Below, piece by piece: positions 8,347 to 17,290 of a DNA stretch of 58,897 nucleotides. Origin of the DNA: a virus (lineage: Duplodnaviria > Caudoviricetes); the IMG/VR virus record IMGVR_UViG_3300021376_000063, positions 1 through 58,897 of that record; one strand, written 5' to 3'. The notes under the pieces were generated by a model. That model did not search any database. It was not told the origin of the DNA and saw nothing but the letters and a program-made list of their open reading frames with translations. How positions within the stretch are numbered: position 1 is the first letter of the stretch; each line of letters opens with the position of its first letter. A program made the position numbers and the translations under genes.

Positions 8347-8528
8347 TAGTCAGATGCTCTCCATCGTGTAATTTTAGTGCGATTAGTTTGAAATTCTTCT
8401 ACGTGTTGAAGAATACGATGTGCGGTTTCTCGCACAGTATCTTCATCACTGTTCCAATCAGATACTTCAGTCCAAACATAATAGATTTCATCAACGATAG
8501 AATCCATTAGTTTATCATAATGAGTCAT
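8346..8528 (-). CDS. Hypothetical protein
   Basis: 60-aa coupled ORF. Confidence 0.65.
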   Translation of the reverse strand: MTHYDKLMDSIVDEIYYVWTEVSDWNSDEDTVRETAHRILQHVEEFQTNRTKITRWRASD

Positions 8529-8650
8529 TGAATTACCTCCAGTTTACGCTTGAGTGCCTGCTTACGCGCCTTCGCTTGACGCATCGCCTGAGGTTTCAGG
8601 GTGCGTTTGGCTTCCTTCTTAGAATGGTGCTGCCAGTTGGGCGTGGTCAT
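8525..8650 (-). CDS. Small basic protein (41 aa)
   Basis: MTTPNWQHHSKKEAKR..; first ATG after promoter 8672-8700. Confidence 0.6.
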   Translation of the reverse strand: MTTPNWQHHSKKEAKRTLKPQAMRQAKARKQALKRKLEVIQ

Positions 8651-8671
8651 CGGTCTGTTGCGTTTCCTAGC

Positions 8672-8700
8672 ACTATATAGGAAAAAAGGGGGCGTGTCAA
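8672..8700 (-). promoter_or_regulatory. sigma70-like early promoter
   Basis: TTGACA-17 bp-TATAGT. Confidence 0.75.
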
Positions 8701-8706
8701 GCCCCC
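8682..8706 (-). terminator. Intrinsic terminator ending the tail-fibre operon
   Basis: GGGGGC-TTGACAC-GCCCCC hairpin followed by T6. Confidence 0.7.
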
Positions 8707-9605
8707 GCATTCCAATTTTTATTCAAATATATTTTGGATAGTATTACTTCCATAGTTTGATAATTAATCCAAGAAAATTTAATAGAAAAATTTTTGTAAT
8801 TATCAACTGATAATTCATCTAAAAAATTAGAGTCATATATGTTTAGATACTGTAGTTTATGAAATAACAATGAAAATGTTTCCTCTTTTGTAGGGAATAT
8901 TTCGAGAGAAAATTTCTTTGAATTAGGAAAAAATGTTATTGATACTTCACCGTCATCATCAATAATATTAAATATATCAATAAAATTTTTATAATGCAAA
9001 AAATAATCTGAGATTATATCACTTTTCAAATTTTTCAAAGATGTCAAAAAAGAAACATCTATTATTTGATTTTGATAATTAAAATGTATTGATAACAAAT
9101 CAAAGATTGAATTATTATTGTTGCGTATTTCTTCGACTACCGAAGGCATCTTCAGTGTGTCAATTAAATACTTGAAATTACTATCATCAACCCCTAACAA
9201 ATTTTTTGGTGAAATTCTATATTCAAATGAATGAATAACATTATTGCTATATTTAAATATATCAGAAAAACATTCCGATATATCAAATAAACTACTACCA
9301 GTAAAGGATAATAAATCTTGTATAGATTGTAAATGCTTTCTATTTTTATTGTGTGCTAGTATTTCCGTCCATCCATACGAATACATTTTTTTCAAATTAC
9401 ATGGATGAGATTTTGTCAAATTGTATTCTACAACTTCATATTTAAATAAATTCTTTTTATTTTCTTGTAGATGCACACTAGAAGAAAACTTTATAATTTG
9501 ATTTAATGTGTTTTTTAAATCTAATGATTTTTCAAATGTTAACTTAATATTATTTTTAGAAAAACAATTCAATATTTTTCTATGAGACCCACTAGAATAT
9601 TCCAT
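8697..9605 (-). CDS. Hypothetical protein (very AT-rich)
   Basis: 302-aa ORF rich in N/K/I/F/S. Confidence 0.7.
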   Translation of the reverse strand: MEYSSGSHRKILNCFSKNNIKLTFEKSLDLKNTLNQIIKFSSSVHLQENKKNLFKYEVVEYNLTKSHPCNLKKMYSYGWTEILAHNKNRKHLQSIQDLLSFTGSSLFDISECFSDIFKYSNNVIHSFEYRISPKNLLGVDDSNFKYLIDTLKMPSVVEEIRNNNNSIFDLLSIHFNYQNQIIDVSFLTSLKNLKSDIISDYFLHYKNFIDIFNIIDDDGEVSITFFPNSKKFSLEIFPTKEETFSLLFHKLQYLNIYDSNFLDELSVDNYKNFSIKFSWINYQTMEVILSKIYLNKNWNAGA

Positions 9606-9614
9606 ACAAAAAAG

Positions 9615-9965
9615 TTATTCATTAGTTATATTAATACCAGTTGCGTAGTAAACTAAGTGTTGATAAAAGTAAAAATATTTTTCTTCATCTAATAGGTCGC
9701 CATAGTTGGGAAACCAATCCTCAAAAGCATTTTTAGCTTGCTCTTCAGTTTCAAAATAAACATAAGCATGACCAAACTGTTTTAGACAATTCAAGATATT
9801 AATGTCACATTTACCAAAGTAAAAATCCCATACTTCTTCTATCTTATCAGCATCATCGCAATCTGTCAAACCAACAGACTTGATAAACATAACTGGTTTT
9901 TCAGAATATTTTGATAACTGAAATAAGACATCAGATTCTATAAAGTATTCTTTAAAGTAATTCAT
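9615..9965 (-). CDS. Hypothetical protein, RRM-like motifs
   Basis: MFIKSV (RNP2-like) and GHAYVYFETEEQAKNAF (RNP1-like plus helix). Confidence 0.6.
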   Translation of the reverse strand: MNYFKEYFIESDVLFQLSKYSEKPVMFIKSVGLTDCDDADKIEEVWDFYFGKCDINILNCLKQFGHAYVYFETEEQAKNAFEDWFPNYGDLLDEEKYFYFYQHLVYYATGINITNE

Positions 9966-11101
9966 GAATTTTCTCCATCAGTAAAGTAATCTTCAAATTT
10001 AGTCTCTAATTCTAGATCAGTTAGTAATTCTTGAACATCTTGCTCCACTTGCACATCATCTAAAGTTTTTTTAGTATGCTCAGCGACAGAATTAATGATA
10101 TCTCCGATAGTAAAATTAATATTAAGAGCATTTAATGTGTTATTGATAGTCTCAATTTTATTATCTACATCCATAAGATACTGTTGCCAGCTAGATACAA
10201 TTCTCTGTGTAGATAAAGAAACATCAGAAGAATCAAATTCTGGAAGAATATCTTGAATTTTAGTCGGAATAATATTTTCAATAGATAGAGAATTACTGTC
10301 TATATCAACAAAAGGTAATTTTAAGTTAGAAATCCCTTTCAACACTTCTAATTTTAGAGTGATTTCACTAAACTTCTTAATTACATTTTCAATACCAATT
10401 CCAGTTAGATTTTCGCGGAAACTCTCAAGAATATTTGGAGGAATAGTATTAGAGCTAAGTCTGTTAATTTCAGATAACATCTCAACTAACTGATATTTTG
10501 GCTCTGGACTTGGTGGCATTATTACATTGATAAAATCATTATTTTTCCACGCTTCTTGGTCCGTAATGTCTCTTAAAGATTGTCTGTATTCAGTCCACTT
10601 TTGCTTTTCCTCTTCCGAGAGAGGATAATCTGGCATCATTAAATAATCACTGTCTTTCAATAATTTATTTCTTGTCTCAAGTAAAGTATATTTGATATAA
10701 GAAAAATCTGATAGATAACCCAAAACTTTATCATATAGATTTTCAATTTTACTTATTTTAGTGCGAGTATAAAAATCTGCAAATATACTCACTAAATTAT
10801 CTACCTCTTGAACAGAAGCAACATCAAAAAAGTATAATTTTTCTTCTGTTTCTCTCAAAGAAAAATTATATGTTTGTTTTTGGCGTTGACACATATATGT
10901 TTTGTCTTCAAACAAAACAAATTTAATCAATCTATCTTTATCAGTATTCCACATATCAGGAATAACAGATTCTAACTTAGTGATATCTTCATCACTAAGA
11001 TCTAAATTACCACCTAAGTAATTAATGTTGTTTCTAACTCTATCTGCAGGATACAGTTTTCTCTGCAAATTGACAATTAATATCCTTTTAGGTTCAGTCA
11101 T
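9962..11101 (-). CDS. Tail fibre assembly chaperone domain protein
   Basis: RNKLLKDSDYLMMPDYPLSEEEKQKWTEYRQSLRDIT is the Tfa/Phage_tail_APC signature; lies directly downstream of the fibre genes. Confidence 0.8.
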   Translation of the reverse strand: MTEPKRILIVNLQRKLYPADRVRNNINYLGGNLDLSDEDITKLESVIPDMWNTDKDRLIKFVLFEDKTYMCQRQKQTYNFSLRETEEKLYFFDVASVQEVDNLVSIFADFYTRTKISKIENLYDKVLGYLSDFSYIKYTLLETRNKLLKDSDYLMMPDYPLSEEEKQKWTEYRQSLRDITDQEAWKNNDFINVIMPPSPEPKYQLVEMLSEINRLSSNTIPPNILESFRENLTGIGIENVIKKFSEITLKLEVLKGISNLKLPFVDIDSNSLSIENIIPTKIQDILPEFDSSDVSLSTQRIVSSWQQYLMDVDNKIETINNTLNALNINFTIGDIINSVAEHTKKTLDDVQVEQDVQELLTDLELETKFEDYFTDGENS

Positions 11102-11126
11102 TTTTGATTACTCTTTATAAAAATAT

Positions 11127-14100
11127 TTAGTATGCTTTTATCATATACCTTAGTCTAAAATAAGGCACTTGAATAGGTATATTCTCATTATTTCTAAAAT
11201 AAAATCTTAAAGCCCCATCAAAAATAGGTCTAGATTGATTAGTCATTGTTAATTCAGTTGAGCTTATACTCATACCAGCTTGTGCCATGGTAAAACTACC
11301 ACTAACGCCATCAGAACCACCACCAGATCCAATACCATCACCTTCGTTAGCTGTTTTTCCATTTCCAGCTTCAGCTGTGCTATTTAATGTCATACCATGT
11401 TTATGTGATCTTCCTCTTTCAGCTTCTGGCACACCTGCTGGACCTTCATCTAACGTCCCCTCCTCTGCCCCTGTTTCAGGGAACTCAGGATTTATTTTTG
11501 TGCTATAATCTCTACCCGAACTATTACATTTGTCCAAAACGGCTCGTCTTTCTTCATATCCCACAGAATATCCATAATGCTGGTGTGTTGGAGTTCTTGG
11601 TGTTGCTCCAGTAGTTCCACGAATGGTATATGTTACTGTACCACCAAACGTAGGTTGGACAAAAGATGAAATTTCTGTAAATCCAGAAGTTCTAAAAGTC
11701 CCCAAAGAAAAAGTAGCTGGATTTTCCTGAGATACACCAGCAAGACCATCATCAACACCAGTTATTCCAGGAGATCCAGGTGGTAATTGTGCAGATTGAC
11801 CATAAACATATCTACCGCCAATACTACCAGGGACATTTTTATCTCCACCTGATGCGCCATCGGGTGCAAACAAGGGGACTATAGAAACAGATCCAGAATT
11901 ATTGTCTACATTTCCAGTGCCAAATAATTTTTTACCATATGGATTGGGCAATCTAAACCTACCATTTTCCCCTGGAGTAGCTCCATATGAGTCACCAATA
12001 ACTCTATAAAGTTCTCTAAATTCTGATTTATTTAACCATTGACCTCTTAATTCAATATAACCTTTAAACCTATCGTCAGTAAGTCTCCATTTTGGAGATT
12101 TATAAGAAGAATCTGCCCACGATGGTTTATTACTATTGAAAATTGCACCAGAAGTAACAACAGATGATGAATTAAATGAAGGAGAAAAAGCATCAACATC
12201 TCCACTAACTGCTATTTTCCATTGAGAAATATCATCAGTGGTAGCAGAGCTGTTGTTATTAACATAACCTGGAGGTTTTGGCACACAAATAACAGTGCCT
12301 ATGGCAGACCCAGTTTTTTCTATCTGTTGACTATAATAAGCTGGTCTAGATGGAGAAGTAACTAGATTTACGGTTACTGGCACCGTATAATCGGTGGGAT
12401 TTACATTGGCAACTACAACTGCATTATTTCTAAAATATTGATGCTGATTACATAAATCTAGCGTTATTCTACACCTAAACATCTGTTGATTCACAACTGA
12501 TACAATTAATTGTGGTCCAGTTTGCGAAGGCACAGATGTCCAAGAAGAATCAGATTGCCCTACTTGTTTAGTTTCCCATTGATAAAATGGGACTCCACCT
12601 GTCCATGTTGGATTCAAATCTAAAAATATTTGCTGCCCACTGATTATAGTTTTTGTTGATGTATCAGCAAAGTAATAAAATCTTCTATTTACAGTTATTG
12701 TGCAAGAATTTGTGGCAGCACTAAAAGGCACATTTTCTGCTGTAAGTAAACATCTTATCAAAGATCCATTTAGACTTCTATCGAAAGAATCTGGCGTATA
12801 AAATCTAGTAGTAGAAGAAGAATTACCAAATCCACTAGATAAATTAACAAAATCCACATCAGTTGGTCTTTTTATTTGCCATTGATAATTAACTGGCGTG
12901 TCTACAGTAGAAGAGGCTAAGCATTCGAACGTATAACCACCAAATTCTCCTTCCAAAAATGTTATAGCGGTTGGAATATTAGTTATGACATTTATAGTTA
13001 CTACTTGAACTTGTAATCTAGCAACATTAGTATAATCTATTTCTTCGCCAGCACTTGTAACTCTACATCTATAATATCCATCATCAGATAAAGCAACACT
13101 CAATATTTCCAAAATATTAGATGTTTTCCCTGTTAAATTAGTCCATGTTGCTACATTTTCTGCATTAGGCAAAGCAGGATTATAATTAGTGCTCTTTTGC
13201 CATTGATATGAAACTTGTGCTGCACTTAAAGAAGTTGCAGAAGTTTCAAATGATATATTTTGAAATTGAAAAGCGTAAATATCATTAATATTTGAAATAT
13301 TAGTAAATAAATCTCTTCGTTGACTTAGTAAAGCTACACCAGAGGTAACTGATGATAGTTGATTTGGGACCGTTACAACACATCTAAAAAATCTATACGT
13401 AGGATTTCTAGGAACATTAGAATAGACTAAAAGATTAGTATTTACTCCACTAAACGGTGCTGCATTTGGCACTGGCAACCACCCAGTACTGGAAGAAGTG
13501 GTGTTATATTGCCATTGATAGGAAATTGTAGTACCACTAGATGGTGTAGCATCAACCGCAAAAGAAGCATTTGAATTAACAAATGGTCTAGCGTCTTGTG
13601 GATTGGAAACAATATAAGCTGTTCTATAAACATTAACTAATATTTCTGAAGATGTATACGGAAGTAAAGTTTTAGTGTTTCCAGATAAATTGAATAAAGA
13701 ACTAGAAGAAATTTTCAATCTAAATTTGGTGCCATTGTCAGTATCATATCTTAATGCATTTGTTTCATAATCAATTATAAAATTAGATATATCATTTCCA
13801 GGAAATTGAGTGTATACCACTTGTATAGTTGACGTATCTTGTGTTACTGCAGTTCCAACTTCACTCCATGTAGAAGTGCCAGGTGCTTGTCTTTCAAAAA
13901 TTAGTGTTTTATTTCCGTTTAAACCAGTATTTCTACCATCATTTAAAGATCCAGTTACCTCTGCTCGCTGAATTGCTTCAGGGAAAGTTTCTCTATTTGC
14001 AATAGGACCATATTTGTCTTCAATGACATTGATAGTATTACTCACAACTGGTGTGACTTGCACATCTTTCATATAAACGCGATGCACATTGCTCAAAACT

Positions 14101-15161
14101 TCCGCTTCACCAATAGATCCAGTAATTCTACATCTAAATTTTAAAATTTCATAATAAATCATTCTCTGCAATTCTAATTTGAAAGAAGTGCCATTAGTTC
14201 CTGGTTTATAAATTGCATTATAATCTGTAATCAGAGCTTCCACTCTAGACCATTGCTCTTCAGTTGGGTTATCTGATAATGTATATTCCCATGCATATGA
14301 TAAACTGGTTCCTCCAGATGATAAAGCACCTACTTCTAATTTAATACTACCATCGCTAGAAGGGTTGCCAGTTTTATAACAAAAACTGGTAATACTATCA
14401 TCGCCTGTTCCTGGTTGTCTGTAAATACTGATTTCAGGGCTTACATATAGCACTGTTGGTGACAACACAGTAGGGCTGTTGCTAGCACCTGGATAGCTAA
14501 TAGATACTCGGTAATATTTCAAATTATATGTAAAATTTACATTTTGTATAGTAAATATAGACTTTTTATAATAAGTTTCTGGAGTTGTCCCAAAAGGTTC
14601 CACAGTGGTAGTAATAGAAACATTGCCACCAGGACTTATAGGATTCCAAGATGCCAATGGATCACTAAGATCATAACCACCTACTAATTCTTGCCACTGA
14701 AATAGCAAAGAAGTATCGCTAGAACTCAATAAAGTATTTTGTAAAGCAGCCGTTACAGTATAACTTAATGTTTGTCCTACCAAAAGAGTAGTAGAGTTTG
14801 GATAATTATCTACATTAGAATTTACTTGTGCTAAAATTAATGGAGCTGATGTAACCGTAATAATCCTATTGCCAATACCAACATATTCATTACTATTGAC
14901 AGTTTCAGATATTACACCATTTCTTACAACTACTCTAACATAAAGATTGTTTTGAGCTGCCGTCAAAACACTAGTAGTAAAAATAGGAGAAGTATTATTT
15001 ACTAAATTTTGACCACTGTAATTGGTGCCATCAGTAGAAATTTGCCATTCGTAGGTCAAATTAACAGAATTTGTTTCAGTAGCATTTACTTCAAACTCTA
15101 CTATTGACCCAGATGATACTACTGGATTGATTGGCGTGAGTGAATTAATTACAATTGCCAT
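11127..15161 (-). CDS. Tail fibre with tandem Ig-like domains and a C-terminal tail-collar domain
   Basis: Repeated (S/T)YQWQ...Y/FRC.(V/I) Ig-like units; GYIELRGQWL..EFRELYRVIGDSYG..FRLPN collar motif; HQH/HKH motifs; ends YMIKAY. Confidence 0.8.
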   Translation of the reverse strand: MAIVINSLTPINPVVSSGSIVEFEVNATETNSVNLTYEWQISTDGTNYSGQNLVNNTSPIFTTSVLTAAQNNLYVRVVVRNGVISETVNSNEYVGIGNRIITVTSAPLILAQVNSNVDNYPNSTTLLVGQTLSYTVTAALQNTLLSSSDTSLLFQWQELVGGYDLSDPLASWNPISPGGNVSITTTVEPFGTTPETYYKKSIFTIQNVNFTYNLKYYRVSISYPGASNSPTVLSPTVLYVSPEISIYRQPGTGDDSITSFCYKTGNPSSDGSIKLEVGALSSGGTSLSYAWEYTLSDNPTEEQWSRVEALITDYNAIYKPGTNGTSFKLELQRMIYYEILKFRCRITGSIGEAEVLSNVHRVYMKDVQVTPVVSNTINVIEDKYGPIANRETFPEAIQRAEVTGSLNDGRNTGLNGNKTLIFERQAPGTSTWSEVGTAVTQDTSTIQVVYTQFPGNDISNFIIDYETNALRYDTDNGTKFRLKISSSSLFNLSGNTKTLLPYTSSEILVNVYRTAYIVSNPQDARPFVNSNASFAVDATPSSGTTISYQWQYNTTSSSTGWLPVPNAAPFSGVNTNLLVYSNVPRNPTYRFFRCVVTVPNQLSSVTSGVALLSQRRDLFTNISNINDIYAFQFQNISFETSATSLSAAQVSYQWQKSTNYNPALPNAENVATWTNLTGKTSNILEILSVALSDDGYYRCRVTSAGEEIDYTNVARLQVQVVTINVITNIPTAITFLEGEFGGYTFECLASSTVDTPVNYQWQIKRPTDVDFVNLSSGFGNSSSTTRFYTPDSFDRSLNGSLIRCLLTAENVPFSAATNSCTITVNRRFYYFADTSTKTIISGQQIFLDLNPTWTGGVPFYQWETKQVGQSDSSWTSVPSQTGPQLIVSVVNQQMFRCRITLDLCNQHQYFRNNAVVVANVNPTDYTVPVTVNLVTSPSRPAYYSQQIEKTGSAIGTVICVPKPPGYVNNNSSATTDDISQWKIAVSGDVDAFSPSFNSSSVVTSGAIFNSNKPSWADSSYKSPKWRLTDDRFKGYIELRGQWLNKSEFRELYRVIGDSYGATPGENGRFRLPNPYGKKLFGTGNVDNNSGSVSIVPLFAPDGASGGDKNVPGSIGGRYVYGQSAQLPPGSPGITGVDDGLAGVSQENPATFSLGTFRTSGFTEISSFVQPTFGGTVTYTIRGTTGATPRTPTHQHYGYSVGYEERRAVLDKCNSSGRDYSTKINPEFPETGAEEGTLDEGPAGVPEAERGRSHKHGMTLNSTAEAGNGKTANEGDGIGSGGGSDGVSGSFTMAQAGMSISSTELTMTNQSRPIFDGALRFYFRNNENIPIQVPYFRLRYMIKAY

Positions 15162-15185
15162 TTTAGTTTACAACCTTAATTACTT

Positions 15186-16106
15186 TTAAAATTTTATTAA
15201 AAATTCACAAATAATGAATTTAGGAGCAACATCATCCATTTTAAAAAGATTTCTTTTATTTACTGTTACTGTAGTAGTTAAACTGGAAGCTGATAAATTT
15301 GTTGCTGGTATGCTACCAAAAACACTTTGAGAAACCACTGGAGGTGGAACTGGGTGGTGATGTTGAGATTCTTCACCTTCTTCCACTGCATCATTATAAA
15401 CAAACATAACTCCAGCATTTCCGTTAGGACTACATGCGATACCATTACTTCCACAACAAATACCACGCTCATATCCTCTTCCAGAATATTTAACTGTGCC
15501 TAAACCATCTTTCCTAATATTAATACCACGAGCAATCGTGCAATCGGAAGTATGTCCATGAGCCAAAAAATCGGATACAGAAACTGTAGCACCAGGAGTT
15601 CTGCCAGGAGGAGAAACGTTTCTCCAAATCCCACTAAACTGAAGACTTGCTATCCCAGGATGTCTGAAAGACCCAGTATATGTAAATTCTGCTGTGCTAC
15701 CAGAAGTTTCCAATGAAACCTCAACACCAGCTCTAGGAACTTGTACATTTATAGTAGGATTCAATGCAGTGTCGTCATTATATGACCCAGAATTTGCAGA
15801 GGCACTAATATATTTCGACCCCAAATCTGGTAATTGAAATGTCCCTCCAGTTCCATCATCATCTGCTTCCTGTAAAAGAGTGCCAGATTTTCTATAGATG
15901 CAATTTCCACCAACACCCAGAATTCTTGCTAAATTTGGAAATTGATCAGCTTGCAATATTTGTCCTCTGCATTTTAAAAAACCAGCAGGAATATAATCAA
16001 GATAGTCTTGATCTATAGGTAAAGCGCCGCTAATCTCCCTAAAGAAAGGGAAAATTGCTCCACATGGTCCTCCGTATTTTCCTTTTTCAAAAGAATAATT
16101 TGCCAT
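15186..16106 (-). CDS. Tail-collar domain fibre protein (gp12-like)
   Basis: PAGFLKCRGQIL..QFPNLARILG..FQLPDL; HGH/HHH motifs; ends FLIKF. Confidence 0.8.
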   Translation of the reverse strand: MANYSFEKGKYGGPCGAIFPFFREISGALPIDQDYLDYIPAGFLKCRGQILQADQFPNLARILGVGGNCIYRKSGTLLQEADDDGTGGTFQLPDLGSKYISASANSGSYNDDTALNPTINVQVPRAGVEVSLETSGSTAEFTYTGSFRHPGIASLQFSGIWRNVSPPGRTPGATVSVSDFLAHGHTSDCTIARGINIRKDGLGTVKYSGRGYERGICCGSNGIACSPNGNAGVMFVYNDAVEEGEESQHHHPVPPPVVSQSVFGSIPATNLSASSLTTTVTVNKRNLFKMDDVAPKFIICEFLIKF

Positions 16107-16111
16107 GTTTT

Positions 16112-17287
16112 TTAAAATGCCTTTATTATGTACAGCATACTTAAATTTGGTGTTGCACTATTTACAGTTATTGTGCCAAAATTAACACCAGATGAGTTAT
16201 TAATTGTAACATTATTTAGCGAAACATTAGTAACTATACCAGGATTCACAACTGATAAATTTCCTTTGAAGTTGTAAGTATTAGATCCGTGAGTATGACC
16301 AGCAATTTGAGCATAACTAACTTCCGCATTACTTAAACTAGACCAAAAAATAGTGCCGTCAACGGCACTGCTGTGAGAAAACATATCTGGTCTAGAATAA
16401 CCATCACCAGGATAAAATAAAATAACAATTTCTTGTTGATCTATTGGAATGCCTGTATCAATGTCTCCACCACCTCCAGCTGGAGATCCATATGCGCCAA
16501 ATTCAGCTTTCATCGCACCCTGATCATTTCCATATCTCACATATCGTCTCGCTCTACTAACACTATTTCTGCTAGTTCTACACATACATGGAGGTCTATC
16601 AAAACACAAAAATTTAAAAAAGTTATTACTTAATTTTCCACATCTATAATCACCATTATTTTTCAAAGCACTCCTAGAAAGTTGTCGCCACTTATTAGAA
16701 TCTCCTTCGAAGTCTAAAGCATGTGCGTGAGCTGGCATATGCACATCACTAAGTTTTCTTGGATTGAAAGAAACTGACGCACTTTCTTCACCTGTTGTTA
16801 GAGTTATATCCCCAAATTCAGCAACAAAATTAGGAGATTCTGCAATTTCTCCAACTACATCTATAGTAGATATATGACTAGTCTGATTACTTCCACCTTC
16901 ATCACCATTGCTGGCATTACCAACTTGAAGCCAAAAAGGACTATCATTAATAGTTCTTCCCTGTGGACCATGTGCTGCTCTGGGAAAACTATTATCATTT
17001 GTGCCACCTTTAAGGTAAAAATAATATCCTTTATACATGTCAACTATAGCCTTATTGTTAGTAGTCAAAGGAGGCAATCTAAATGTAGATCCTTCAGTGC
17101 CACCATAAGTGTTACCTATGACTTCATACAATAATGGATATCTAGTTGTAGAAATAGTAGCTCCATTGCAAATTATCCACCCAGTAGGCACAAAATCCTG
17201 AGATCCAGACCAAGGGATTATACTGCCAACAGGAAATCCCTTCATCGATTTTATTTGATTGTAATTTGCAGCATCTGCGTATGCCAT
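16112..17287 (-). CDS. Tail-collar domain fibre protein (gp12-like)
   Basis: PVGSIIPWSG..PTGWIICNG..YPLLYEVIGNTYGG..FRLP; MPAHAH and HTHG; ends YIIKAF. Confidence 0.85.
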   Translation of the reverse strand: MAYADAANYNQIKSMKGFPVGSIIPWSGSQDFVPTGWIICNGATISTTRYPLLYEVIGNTYGGTEGSTFRLPPLTTNNKAIVDMYKGYYFYLKGGTNDNSFPRAAHGPQGRTINDSPFWLQVGNASNGDEGGSNQTSHISTIDVVGEIAESPNFVAEFGDITLTTGEESASVSFNPRKLSDVHMPAHAHALDFEGDSNKWRQLSRSALKNNGDYRCGKLSNNFFKFLCFDRPPCMCRTSRNSVSRARRYVRYGNDQGAMKAEFGAYGSPAGGGGDIDTGIPIDQQEIVILFYPGDGYSRPDMFSHSSAVDGTIFWSSLSNAEVSYAQIAGHTHGSNTYNFKGNLSVVNPGIVTNVSLNNVTINNSSGVNFGTITVNSATPNLSMLYIIKAF

Positions 17288-17290
17288 CTA

